In this document: positions 8,212 to 18,316 of the stretch, one piece after another
Position numbering within the stretch: the first letter of the stretch is position 1
How the letters are laid out: each line of letters opens with the position of its first letter
Source: Cytophagales bacterium
GTDB taxonomy: Bacteria; Bacteroidota; Bacteroidia; Cytophagales; Cyclobacteriaceae
Direction of reading: 5' to 3'
Length of the DNA: 44,246 bases
Assembly: GCA_038258905.1 (NCBI GenBank)
Contig: JBBSPJ010000001.1
Coordinates: 1-44,246 of the forward strand
Program-made: the position numbers and the translations under genes
The notes under the pieces: generated by a model
The model's database searches: none
Told to the model about the DNA's origin: nothing
Seen by the model: the letters and a program-made list of their open reading frames with translations, nothing else

Positions 8212-10230
8212 ATGAACATAAACACAATTTTCAAGAACGATAAAATGAATAGCCAGACATTATCAGTTACAGAGCAAAAGTCCTTACATAATGGACAAGA
8301 AATTTTTGAACTCATCAATCGAAAGATTTTAGAAGCTGAAAAAAGTATTCTGATTGCTGCCGCATGGTTTACAGATATTGAAATTTTTAATGCTTTGGTG
8401 CAGAAATTCAATGAAAACCCGTCAATTGAAATAAAAATCATCTTAGACGACAATAAAGATAACTATGTCATTCCTTTTAATGACTTGGCTCATATGGGAG
8501 CTAAAATTAGGGTCATCAAAAAAGAATCCGCATTTGGGAAAATGCATGATAAATTTAGCATTTTTGACTCCAAACAGTTGATCACAGGATCTTACAACTG
8601 GAGCAAAAATGCCAGAATGAATAATGAGGAGAATATTATTTATACCGAGATTGAGCAAACTGTTAAGGAGTATTTGGACAAATTCAATCAACTGGAAGAA
8701 AAGTCAGTAAACTTTGACCCCAATAACCTCAATAAAATTAGTGACAATGTAGTTCCAGAGCTAAAAGTAGAGTCTGCTGATGAGGTAATAGCCGAATATA
8801 AAGCGCAGCTAGATGAACTTATTTATGCACAGGTGCATAATTATGATGACAAGAAGCTGCAACAAGTGGGGAGAGAAAGAAGTGAAAATTGTCAAGGAAA
8901 TTCCCCTAATCTAGAGAATGAACTAGACACCGTTTATACTGACTTTCTACGTGATATTCAGCTTTCCTCAGAAAAAAAGGAAATCATTAAGTCAAGCTTA
9001 AAGGAGCAGTTTACACGTTCAAAAAGTCAGTTAGAGCTAAAACTCCAGCATGATCATGAGCTTATTGCTCACGAAAGCTCTATTTATCATCAAAATAGCG
9101 ATGAGCAAATAAGCTTATTACGCGAAGATAATATTAGCTTAGAAACCACTATAACAAGCATTGAAGAAAATAAAATAAAGCGGGTAGAGGAGCAAATTGA
9201 AGGTACCTATACAGAAATTGAAAAGATTAATTCTGATCATTTCAGACCAAAACTAGCGCTATACAAGTTTATTCCTAACCTTGTGTTACTAGCTCTTGTA
9301 TTGGCTTATGTAGTGCTATTTTATTCTTCGGCAGCTTACATTCTGATTTATTCTGGAGACGATGCCAAAAAAGCACAATTAGCTGGTAGCGTTGTAGCTT
9401 CACCGGAAATTTTTGATGGTTCAGCCATCCCAAAAGCAATTGAGAAGGGTGGAGTAGGCGTATTCTTCATTTTGCTTGTGCGAATTTTTATCCTAGGCTT
9501 ATTATTTGCAATTAATGTATCTGTAAAAACCACTTGGATAAAATACACATTGCTATTGTTCGCCATTTTAGCCATTGATGTATTTGTTGCCTACAAAGTG
9601 GCAGAATCTATCCACAATGCCGAGTATTTAGCAGGGAGAATTAGTGAACAGTGGAGTTTCGCTATGATGTTTTCGAATTCTGATTTTTACTTAGTTTTGA
9701 TTTTTGGCTTGTTTGCGCTACTGACCTTAGAAGGATTAATGAAGATCATTTTAGAGACACTAGATGAGAGGAATGGTGATATTAAATATCTGCTATCTAA
9801 GGAAGCCATCAAAACTATTGAAAGAAAAGCGGAAGAATTTAAGGAGAGTAAAAGTATGTTTCTCGAAGACTTAAGCAATTCAAAAGCTAAAATAGAGCAG
9901 AATATATTAAATATTGAAAAGTTTAGCAGCCAGAAAAATGAATACAAAATAAGTGCCGAAAGAAAGAAAAATCATCTGACAGCTAAATGTGAGCATCAAA
10001 AAGGAATGTTTGAAAATATCACTAACATTCACCTCACTAAAATAGATAACGAGAACTTCACTTTTTCTACCATTTATATTCAAGACAGAATCTCCACTTT
10101 CGTGCGCGGCTGGAAAGACTATTTGCACTCTTTCTTTTCGAATGGTCTAGCCATCAAACATTCCTTGGAGGCAGATGCTCAAGTAAAGCAATGGAAATCA
10201 AACAACTTGAAAAAAGCGAACCATTCGTAA
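8212..10230 (+). CDS. PLD (single HKD, Nuc-like) domain fused to coiled-coil and multi-TM membrane domain
   Basis: HDKFSIFD...ITGSYNWS..A...NEEN (HKD at 8545-8568); long helical region; about 4 hydrophobic segments; C-terminal coiled coil. Confidence 0.85.
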   Translation: MNINTIFKNDKMNSQTLSVTEQKSLHNGQEIFELINRKILEAEKSILIAAAWFTDIEIFNALVQKFNENPSIEIKIILDDNKDNYVIPFNDLAHMGAKIRVIKKESAFGKMHDKFSIFDSKQLITGSYNWSKNARMNNEENIIYTEIEQTVKEYLDKFNQLEEKSVNFDPNNLNKISDNVVPELKVESADEVIAEYKAQLDELIYAQVHNYDDKKLQQVGRERSENCQGNSPNLENELDTVYTDFLRDIQLSSEKKEIIKSSLKEQFTRSKSQLELKLQHDHELIAHESSIYHQNSDEQISLLREDNISLETTITSIEENKIKRVEEQIEGTYTEIEKINSDHFRPKLALYKFIPNLVLLALVLAYVVLFYSSAAYILIYSGDDAKKAQLAGSVVASPEIFDGSAIPKAIEKGGVGVFFILLVRIFILGLLFAINVSVKTTWIKYTLLLFAILAIDVFVAYKVAESIHNAEYLAGRISEQWSFAMMFSNSDFYLVLIFGLFALLTLEGLMKIILETLDERNGDIKYLLSKEAIKTIERKAEEFKESKSMFLEDLSNSKAKIEQNILNIEKFSSQKNEYKISAERKKNHLTAKCEHQKGMFENITNIHLTKIDNENFTFSTIYIQDRISTFVRGWKDYLHSFFSNGLAIKHSLEADAQVKQWKSNNLKKANHS

Positions 10231-10279
10231 TAAATCTTCTTAACACCCTGTAATACTGTATTTTAAATTTTATTCAAAA

Positions 10280-11293
10280 ATGATAAGAATAAGTTATATC
10301 ATATTATCCGCATTACTATTTATATCTTCCTGCACAAAAAAGCAGGAAGTTGACAATCCTCAAGCTAAGAAGGTTGTTACCAGCTATGGAAATAATATTG
10401 TTGTCCTAACAGATTTAAGTAATAGAATAGATAGCAAAAAAAGTGTTCATGATACAACAATCCTTGGCATTGTTGTAAAAAATATGAAAGGTCTCATTCA
10501 AAATTCACTTCAATATAATATTAAGGACAGGCTGAAAATACGAAGTATTAATGTCTTTCCGACAGATCAATTTAGAGAATCCCACAAGGAAGTATACTTT
10601 GATATTAATCTTGACCAGTTTACTAATGAATTGGCCTTATCAAATTATTTGTTCCATGATAAATCAGGAGATAATTATGATGGGCACATCACAAAGATTC
10701 AAAAATCTGTTAATCAACTTTATGAATACACTCAGGCAAATAATATTGTAGGAGCTGATATGTACGAATTCTTGAAAGATGATTTACAGAGTAATTTAAT
10801 AGATTTAAAATCAGATACTATAAGTGCCTTTGGTGCGCCATTTGTAAAAGCGTACAAAAATAAGGTCATCATACTTACTGATGGATACATAGAAGCTGGA
10901 CGTTATGGTGATGATCCAGGTATGGTCAGTAAGAATAATCCTAACGAGCTAAAATATTTGAGTGGTAGTGTCATTAAGAGATTCCGTCTGACCTACAACA
11001 ACTCTGATTATACGAATGTGCAAGAGTTCTATAAAGCCGAGAAATGGGGTATTACTCCTGTAAGTAATCAGTATTTGAGCAAGTCTGAAATTTTAATAAT
11101 GGAAATAGACGATAGAAGCATTGTTAAAGGTATGAGTACAGTTTCTCCTAGTGATGGGGAAATCATTAAATTGTTTTGGTCCGATTGGCTCACTAAATCA
11201 GGAATACCCCAAGGCAATTTCAAAATTTATGATACCGCTAAGAGTCAACAAGAAGCAGAGCACCGGATTAAAGAGTTTTTGGAGGTCAAGTAA
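10280..11293 (+). CDS. Lipoprotein with vWA-like fold
   Basis: SPII signal (LLFISSC); IVVLTDLSNRI (variant MIDAS DxSxR) and VIILTDG. Confidence 0.7.
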   Translation: MIRISYIILSALLFISSCTKKQEVDNPQAKKVVTSYGNNIVVLTDLSNRIDSKKSVHDTTILGIVVKNMKGLIQNSLQYNIKDRLKIRSINVFPTDQFRESHKEVYFDINLDQFTNELALSNYLFHDKSGDNYDGHITKIQKSVNQLYEYTQANNIVGADMYEFLKDDLQSNLIDLKSDTISAFGAPFVKAYKNKVIILTDGYIEAGRYGDDPGMVSKNNPNELKYLSGSVIKRFRLTYNNSDYTNVQEFYKAEKWGITPVSNQYLSKSEILIMEIDDRSIVKGMSTVSPSDGEIIKLFWSDWLTKSGIPQGNFKIYDTAKSQQEAEHRIKEFLEVK

Positions 11294-11738
11294 TTGGCTG
11301 TGCTTATTTCTACGATAAAGTTGAGGCGCATCATTGAGAGTTCACTGAGAATGTAAGGCGCAAATAAGCAATGTCGACCATTGAAACGTCATCGTAACAT
11401 AGCCTTTAAAGTTGAAATAGTGGCAATCCAATCGAAAAAAGCATTCTATAAATCATAATTTTATCTTTATAGTATAAATCACTTGGATATTAGCTCGTGA
11501 ATACTTAGATCTAGTTTTTTGTAAATGCCTTACAATTAGTAATTCGAAGTTCGTAACTAAAGAGTATCCTTCCAAATAGATTTTACACATTCAATGACTT
11601 AAGTAACTGAAATGCCTTTATCAGGAAGAGGGCTTACTCTACCCCTGTTGGTTTTTCGATCTAAGAAGTTTTCGTAATTATTGTTTTGAATATAATCAGC
11701 CACTGTATTAAGTTAAGGCTATAGTCTTCAATGGGTAT

Positions 11739-11774
11739 AAAATAAGAAAGCCGTCAGGACCCCTCCCAACGGCT
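11739..11774 (-). terminator. Rho-independent terminator
   Basis: AGCCGTTGGG-AGGGGT-CCTGACGGCT 10-bp stem whose two G-U pairs form only on the minus strand, followed by TTCTTATTTT. Confidence 0.7.
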
Positions 11775-11818
11775 AATTTCAACCAAAACCTTACAAAGTC
11801 ATTAACTTTTATAAGATA
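11740..11818 (-). ncRNA. Candidate small RNA (about 75-80 nt)
   Basis: TATATTTA -7-like box at 11829-11822, U/G-rich single-stranded body, intrinsic terminator; no ORF. Confidence 0.4.
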
Positions 11819-12361
11819 TGATAAATATAGAAAAAAAATTGCAGTTTAAAAGAGAAAAAAGAATATTTGTAACTGGTATCTAAACTAAATCAATAAAGAT
11901 GATCGTTGACGTACATGGTGCTAGTTTAATATTTTAATAAAATTGAGCATAACTGTGTTTTAGGCAAAACTTCGAAACAGGAATATTTCGATACATAAAT
12001 ATATAAATGGGTCTGGATATAAATACACTTTTATATAAGGACATACTTACATAAATGAGTCTATATATGTGTATATTGATGCGTAAATATATAGTTATCC
12101 TTTTCTAACTTAAGAGGCTATGGAAGAAGAAAAATTTACTTATTCGTTTGACCCAGTCAGGTCTGATTTATACGATGAGATTATGCTCGCTTTGAGAAAG
12201 TATAACGAAGGCAATTTACCTTTGATGGAAATAGAGAAGTATAGCAACTTCGACATTCAAGAAGCCAAAAACTATTCATACAATCAAATGCGTAAAAAAT
12301 ATACATAAGAGGTAAATATTGATAATTACTAATACTTCTATTCCGTACTACACACATCTTT

Positions 12362-12625
12362 TTAACTTCTAAAGATAGTCTTTTTATAAAAATAGTTACC
12401 CATATAAAACTCGTCATAATATGTGCAGTCAAGTCCGATATAGGAATGTTTGGGTTTAAAATCTTTTCTCAGCACAAAAGCACCCAAGTTCTCTTTAGTT
12501 ATATTAGCCTTCATTAAATCAATCTTTTGACAGAAAATATTATTTTCCCTGTTAACTATAGAAACTAATATTATTTGCAGCACTCCACAAATAAAAAATA
12601 TAAAAGAAATAAAGAATTCTAACAT
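12362..12625 (-). CDS. Second immunity-like membrane protein, paralog of 12634-12969, probably C-terminally disrupted
   Basis: RENNIFCQKIDLMKANITKEN versus RERSIFLQKISFMNRRITCEN (12/21 identical); lacks the second TM in frame. Confidence 0.6.
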   Translation of the reverse strand: MLEFFISFIFFICGVLQIILVSIVNRENNIFCQKIDLMKANITKENLGAFVLRKDFKPKHSYIGLDCTYYDEFYMGNYFYKKTIFRS

Positions 12626-12633
12626 TCCTATTT

Positions 12634-12969
12634 TTAGGGTAAAATAGTTGTAACTATAAAAATTAGGGCAGCAAGAACCAGAGATATTCTTATTGTTAAA
12701 ACAATAAGCCTAAATTTCTTTACTACCTCAGCGTAATCTGGATTATCCATATTGGATTCTTTAATTATGACAAAGTCTAGATTATTTTTATAAGTAGGAT
12801 CAAAATTAAGATTTCCAATTTGAAAGGTGCTTTTATTTTCACAAGTAATTCTTCTATTCATAAAGCTAATCTTCTGTAAAAAAATACTTCTTTCTCTTTT
12901 ATAAATAATTAATGAAACTATAAATACAACTATAGAAACATAGGCTAAAATTCCCAGAAATGTATCCAT
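12634..12969 (-). CDS. Putative cognate immunity protein, 111 aa, two TM helices
   Basis: ATG (MDTFLG) 1 bp after the Rhs stop; hydrophobic N- and C-terminal helices; very AT-rich. Confidence 0.7.
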   Translation of the reverse strand: MDTFLGILAYVSIVVFIVSLIIYKRERSIFLQKISFMNRRITCENKSTFQIGNLNFDPTYKNNLDFVIIKESNMDNPDYAEVVKKFRLIVLTIRISLVLAALIFIVTTILP

Positions 12970-12970
12970 A

Positions 12971-15900
12971 TTAGTCTCTTTTAAGTTCAAATCCACTAAA
13001 TATACTAGCATTGATAGAATGCCCTGCTGACAATCCAACATCTTCCTGTGCCCCTAATCTAAAACTGTGAAATCCTAAATGATCAAATTTTATTTTAGCC
13101 TCTAAGCCAGGTGCTCCAATTCCAAACTCAAAATTATTAAAACTGCCATCTGCATTATTTTGTAACTTTATTTTAATGTCTCCGGAAGTTGATTCAAATC
13201 TACCGCCATAGGTTATATATCTAGGGCTATTTGTATTGGCACGCCTGTTGCCATTAATAAATTCATTTAAATCATACTCTACTTTCATAACCTCCACACT
13301 TCCAGCATCAACGCTAAAACCCGACACCCCAATGTCATTAGTAAAATTAGCACCAACTTTATAAGTAAAGTCTACCTTATTTACAATCCCCATTTCCAAA
13401 TTAGTATCCCACCCTGGCCCCCCATCGACTATTAAATGGGATACAGTTTTGCCCGTTGATGTGCTAGTGTAAAATACACCCCACTCCTTTCCATCATAAA
13501 TTACCTCCGAATTTGGAATCAACAGACTTTTAAACCAAGCTGTAGCTTTCCATTTCCAGCCTCCATCAGGATCAATACCATTAACCGGATCATTCCCCAT
13601 CCCCAAGTAAGGACTAGGATATTGCCCGTATGGATCGGTTGACAACCATCTACCAATAACAGGATCATACATCCTTAACTGAAACGCATTCCAATTAGTT
13701 TCTTCATCTTTTTCAGCATATGCACCCTGATAGCCGTGGCGCCAGTATTTGCGCTCTAGCTTTCTACTTTCCATTGCCAAACCAAATGGGTAATTATCAG
13801 TAGCAACTGCAATATTTCCATAGATATGATTAACATCCATGTCGTCAAAATACGCTGTCACGTTCCGCTCGTCCTCATTACTAAAGTAAATATACACAAA
13901 GCCCGGTTTTGTAGTAGTTATTTCAACGGATAATTCTTCAAAAAGGTGGCTAGCCATCGCACTTGTATCTGTGGGGATCCTGGCTTGCTCACTTACCTGG
14001 TCGAAACCAAAATCTATTAAATTAAAGTCGTCATCATATAACAAATAGTTAAGGTATTGCTTCGGCTGGTTTTCGTCCATATCATCCCAAGCTGCTAGTC
14101 CTGCAAAAGATGCCTGGTCAGTTACATCAAATATATTACTGATTCCTTCACCACCTGAAGGAAGACCAAAGGCCGCAGCCAGATAACCAGCTAATAATGG
14201 AATTACATTAGTTTGACTTCCTGTACCGGCTAGGTATTTGGCTTGAATTTTAGCGTGTACTGTATCTCCCGGGAATACCCTTAAGCTAATCCCACCACCA
14301 ATAGGTTGAGCTGCTGCACCATCCAGCACATTATTAATTCGTACTGATCTATTAGCTCCTGGCACTATGCTATCTGAGGTATGATTCAGGTAACTGCCTA
14401 ATGGCAAAGAATTGATTCCACTGAAATACTGGATTTCCTCTGCTACACGCTCATCTTCCATGGTAGCCAGGTAATTTACACTATCTCGTCCGCCAATTAC
14501 AACCCGTACATTACCTAAATGGTCTTTCACCTCATAAAAATAGGATCCGCCTTCCTTTTCTAAATAAGGACGATAAGCACCCAATCTACTTGCACCGTAT
14601 ACCGGGGTTTCATAAACGAAAGGTTCTTCTTCACTTTGTATGGCTTCAACATAAATATTCATTACCGTGCCTGAGGCATCTCTAACATACCAAGTTTTAA
14701 ATTGGGCCTGGTAAGTACTGTCGTATGCTGTTTTGCTCAAACGGAAACCCTTATTGTCATACTGGATATGCATAATAGTGTCTGACTTGGCTTCGCTAGC
14801 ATACACCGTTTCTACCTTGCCTACTACTTCATAGTCAACCACCAGTTTATCAGCACCAGATGTTTGGCTGATCATTTGCCCAATGGCATTGTATTCGTAT
14901 TCGACCATTGTGGTATCACCTTGCATTACCCTGAGCAAGCGGTTGCTCTCTGGCGCATAATCGTAGGTTAAACTATGCAAGGCATTACCATTTTCATCAG
15001 TCCTACTCAGCCCTTTTATATTTCCATTGGCATCATATCCTGTTATGGTAACGTCATATTTGCCTTCATCCATAAAAGTGCCCGCTGGTGTAGTTCCAAA
15101 ATTAGCAGTTTTCAATTGCTGGCGCTGATCATAGCTGTAACTATATGCCTTTTTCTGGCTACCATCTACCGGGCTGTGCCATTCCTGGGCTTGTATGTTA
15201 CCGGTAAATTGAGCCTCGTCAGGAAAATTACTCTGGCTTATACCAGTGGTTGCTATTTGTGCACTGCTATAGTCTTCCGGGTGATAGTTCAAAACCATAC
15301 CAAAGACGTCCTGGCCATCTCCTCCTGGATCTATGTCAGGATTACCTGAATTTATAGCCTTTAACTTGCCATCTACAGTATACAGGTAGTCCATGCCCTG
15401 ATCGGCTTGAACTAAAAAAGCTCTTTTTAATGGTCCGTGCAAATAATAATCATAGCTTGCTTGATGTATTAAATCCTCTTTATTGGTTATTTCTAACTGG
15501 CCATTATAAGAAGGTGCTACTGTTCCACTATACACACTCTCAAGCCTACTATCTTCGTCATATTCATAATAATGATAATACTCATCTTGATTACCTGCCT
15601 GGTAGGCTACTTCTTTCACATTACCCGAAGGGCCATACTGGTAGGTAATAGTTTTTACACCCAGGCTTTTAATATCCTGGACCATTTGTAACAGCCTGCC
15701 CCTTTCATCATATGAATAAAATGTTTTATGTAAAGGGCTTTCTGAATCTGCTACATAATATTCAGAAGCAGAAACCGATCCCATTACGAATGATTGTGGT
15801 TCACTTGATGGATAATCAGACATTGGCTTATCATAATAGCTTTTGTTGATGTATTTTTTAATGCCGCTATTTTCAGGGAAATAACCGGCATTACCATACT

Positions 15901-18316
15901 CATCCAGCAAAGAGATAAGTCCTTCCCCATCAAATGCGTACTGGCCATCTTCTGCTTCAAATTCTCCGCTTTCAACTGGCCTTAGTTGCTTATCATAATG
16001 CGTGTAGCTTAATTTACCTTCAATTTTTTGCTGTGCATTTTGAGAAAATCGGATACGCCCATCTTTGGCATATTTAAATTCTGATCTTCCACCATCTTTT
16101 TCAGTTACAGCAGTGGTAAAACCTTTCCAGTTATATTCATAAGTGGTTTTATCAATGTTCTCAAATGGCACACCGCTCTGATATTGTTTTAATCCATTGG
16201 GTGTAATGTTACATACAACCTGCCCTTTGTTGTTGTAGTATGTGTGGCTTAATAATTCTGGTACTGAACTTATGCCATAATAGGCGCCTATTAGTTGCTG
16301 TCCATCATAATTTTGGTATTGAGCAGCTAACCTCCCTTCAGCATCTCTAGTTTCTATTTTATAAAACTTAGGCTCATCTCCACTTTGTCCTTCAAAACCT
16401 AATTCGTTTTTTCTAATTTCTAAATATTCAACCAATAGAGGATCAGTATTAGCAACCTCCTTTTTCAATTGGGTGGGAACATGCTCGCTTCCTGCCGTGT
16501 AAGCATCTCCAGGTTTTGTTTGACCTATAATTTCGCCAGAACCATCTTCTGTATACAAGGTACGGCTATAGGGGTATCCTGTTGATGCAGTAAGTGGCTC
16601 ATTAATAGAAGAATTGTTACTGCTACCATTATTATTGCTGTAATACCAGCCAAGTGTCCCTGCCTGTGTTTGATCCATACTATTAGGAGCATCCCTCTTC
16701 ACTAAATCAAAATCATCTGCATTATAACCGGAGGCAAAACCTTCCTGATATTCAAAATAAGTAGGGAATACAATTGCACAACCGTCTTCATTTAGCTGAT
16801 TGTTCGAGTTGCTGGTAATAATGGGGGCAGCCATAGTTTGCACCACAGGGCGGTCATATGCATCCCTTATATTTTGAGAAGCTAGGATTACCCCTTTGCT
16901 CAATACTTTACTTTGGCTTTGCAAATGTTGCCCTTTGGTATCATAGTAATTACGGCTTTGTGCTATTTCTTCCCCGTAATCATTATAGGCAGTCATTTGG
17001 GTGTAGTTCATATCCAAATCAGGATCGTTTTCACTAAGCCTTGGAGGTGCATACTCCAATATTAGTTCAGCACCAGTTGTTAAGGTCATACCGGGTTTTA
17101 TAACTACTTGTGAATTTGATTTAACGGTTGCCGCAAAATGCTCTAACACTAAATTTTCAGGGTCATCAAAAGCCTCATAGCCAAATTCAGTAGTCAAATC
17201 CTCTGGAAGATTTACAGGACAAGGTTGCTCAATAGTTATATCTCTGCCTCCAGCAAATATTTTTACAGGTGGTATGGTCAAGCAATAATCGCCAATAGAA
17301 TTGTTTTTGGCAGGTTCAAGCCTGTAACTTCCCAAATCACTATTTACTGTAAACGTAAAATTGCCGCCGTTCTGATCAATCAATATGTCATTGCCGCCAT
17401 CTTGGGACACAGCATAAAAGTTGGTTAATTTTGTAATGCCTGGAAACCTCAATGTATAGGTTTCGCCTGGTTTTACCTGATAACCTTCCTCATAAGTCAC
17501 TAAGCCTGGCCCTATTATTTCAGGCTCAGGATCGGTATCATTAAAACAAGATGGTACCACTTTTACTGTTTTTGATGGACCACCACCTTCAAAATTTAAA
17601 CCAGCATTATCCCTCAATTGAGTAGCAAAAACATAATCCCCAAAAGTCTCAGCTGTACAATTAAGGGTATAAGTTCCTGAATTATCAGTTAAACCACTTA
17701 TACTTTTTTTCTGTTGTCCGTCTAAGGTCACTGTATAATTGATACTACCAATTAACTCCTGCTCTTCAGCAGAAGGTTGAAAGAATAAAGTAACAGTTTT
17801 GGGAAAAGCATCATTTTCATATACTAAATCTTCACCTAACTTGTAATATGCATTATTGGTTAGTTCACCACCAGGATTTACGCCTCTATAAATAATATAC
17901 TTCAACAAAGGCTTCCAATTTTCAGCACTACAGCTTGCAAAAACACCCTTTCCTCTAACTGTTCTTTGCTGAAAAATAGTAACTTCTACTACTCCGGCAA
18001 CTTCAGGGTTGAAAGTAATTTCGAGAGGTACAGTCCAGGAATTATTGTTGCCACTACTCGTCTGAAGATCAAATCCGTTGGAAGGGACTACATCATCAAC
18101 ATCCGTAACCGATTCTAACCTGACGATTGTACCACTGCCACAAACATAAGTAGAATATTGCGCTTGAGGTTGCCCGTCTTCATTAGTATACCGTACCGAA
18201 TTAGTACTTAAACTCTCATACTTTATGAAAGTAGGGATTTCCTGAGCATAGATTTGACTAACTCTTAAGAGAAATACTAAAAAAATTATTATATAAGTTA
18301 TAAATGACTTTTTCAT
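12971..18316 (-). CDS. Rhs/YD-repeat polymorphic toxin (TcC-like) with signal peptide
   Basis: Signal peptide; many YxYD repeats; YEVKDHLGNVRV; core RMYDPVIGRWLSTDP...SPY...NDPVNGIDPDG; about 195-aa C-terminal extension. Confidence 0.93.
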   Translation of the reverse strand: MKKSFITYIIIFLVFLLRVSQIYAQEIPTFIKYESLSTNSVRYTNEDGQPQAQYSTYVCGSGTIVRLESVTDVDDVVPSNGFDLQTSSGNNNSWTVPLEITFNPEVAGVVEVTIFQQRTVRGKGVFASCSAENWKPLLKYIIYRGVNPGGELTNNAYYKLGEDLVYENDAFPKTVTLFFQPSAEEQELIGSINYTVTLDGQQKKSISGLTDNSGTYTLNCTAETFGDYVFATQLRDNAGLNFEGGGPSKTVKVVPSCFNDTDPEPEIIGPGLVTYEEGYQVKPGETYTLRFPGITKLTNFYAVSQDGGNDILIDQNGGNFTFTVNSDLGSYRLEPAKNNSIGDYCLTIPPVKIFAGGRDITIEQPCPVNLPEDLTTEFGYEAFDDPENLVLEHFAATVKSNSQVVIKPGMTLTTGAELILEYAPPRLSENDPDLDMNYTQMTAYNDYGEEIAQSRNYYDTKGQHLQSQSKVLSKGVILASQNIRDAYDRPVVQTMAAPIITSNSNNQLNEDGCAIVFPTYFEYQEGFASGYNADDFDLVKRDAPNSMDQTQAGTLGWYYSNNNGSSNNSSINEPLTASTGYPYSRTLYTEDGSGEIIGQTKPGDAYTAGSEHVPTQLKKEVANTDPLLVEYLEIRKNELGFEGQSGDEPKFYKIETRDAEGRLAAQYQNYDGQQLIGAYYGISSVPELLSHTYYNNKGQVVCNITPNGLKQYQSGVPFENIDKTTYEYNWKGFTTAVTEKDGGRSEFKYAKDGRIRFSQNAQQKIEGKLSYTHYDKQLRPVESGEFEAEDGQYAFDGEGLISLLDEYGNAGYFPENSGIKKYINKSYYDKPMSDYPSSEPQSFVMGSVSASEYYVADSESPLHKTFYSYDERGRLLQMVQDIKSLGVKTITYQYGPSGNVKEVAYQAGNQDEYYHYYEYDEDSRLESVYSGTVAPSYNGQLEITNKEDLIHQASYDYYLHGPLKRAFLVQADQGMDYLYTVDGKLKAINSGNPDIDPGGDGQDVFGMVLNYHPEDYSSAQIATTGISQSNFPDEAQFTGNIQAQEWHSPVDGSQKKAYSYSYDQRQQLKTANFGTTPAGTFMDEGKYDVTITGYDANGNIKGLSRTDENGNALHSLTYDYAPESNRLLRVMQGDTTMVEYEYNAIGQMISQTSGADKLVVDYEVVGKVETVYASEAKSDTIMHIQYDNKGFRLSKTAYDSTYQAQFKTWYVRDASGTVMNIYVEAIQSEEEPFVYETPVYGASRLGAYRPYLEKEGGSYFYEVKDHLGNVRVVIGGRDSVNYLATMEDERVAEEIQYFSGINSLPLGSYLNHTSDSIVPGANRSVRINNVLDGAAAQPIGGGISLRVFPGDTVHAKIQAKYLAGTGSQTNVIPLLAGYLAAAFGLPSGGEGISNIFDVTDQASFAGLAAWDDMDENQPKQYLNYLLYDDDFNLIDFGFDQVSEQARIPTDTSAMASHLFEELSVEITTTKPGFVYIYFSNEDERNVTAYFDDMDVNHIYGNIAVATDNYPFGLAMESRKLERKYWRHGYQGAYAEKDEETNWNAFQLRMYDPVIGRWLSTDPYGQYPSPYLGMGNDPVNGIDPDGGWKWKATAWFKSLLIPNSEVIYDGKEWGVFYTSTSTGKTVSHLIVDGGPGWDTNLEMGIVNKVDFTYKVGANFTNDIGVSGFSVDAGSVEVMKVEYDLNEFINGNRRANTNSPRYITYGGRFESTSGDIKIKLQNNADGSFNNFEFGIGAPGLEAKIKFDHLGFHSFRLGAQEDVGLSAGHSINASIFSGFELKRD

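Noticed and set aside
11990-12092. Recurring (A/G)(C/T)ATAAAT-like octamers
   Set aside because: Irregular spacing in very AT-rich DNA and no adjacent par or rep gene
12120-12308. 62-aa plus-strand ORF
   Set aside because: No recognisable motif and it partly overlaps the decayed immunity tail; could be real but is unsupported
12970-13041. Upstream extension of the 135-aa ORF overlapping the Rhs 3' end
   Set aside because: ATG at 12969, 1 bp after the Rhs stop, is the more plausible start
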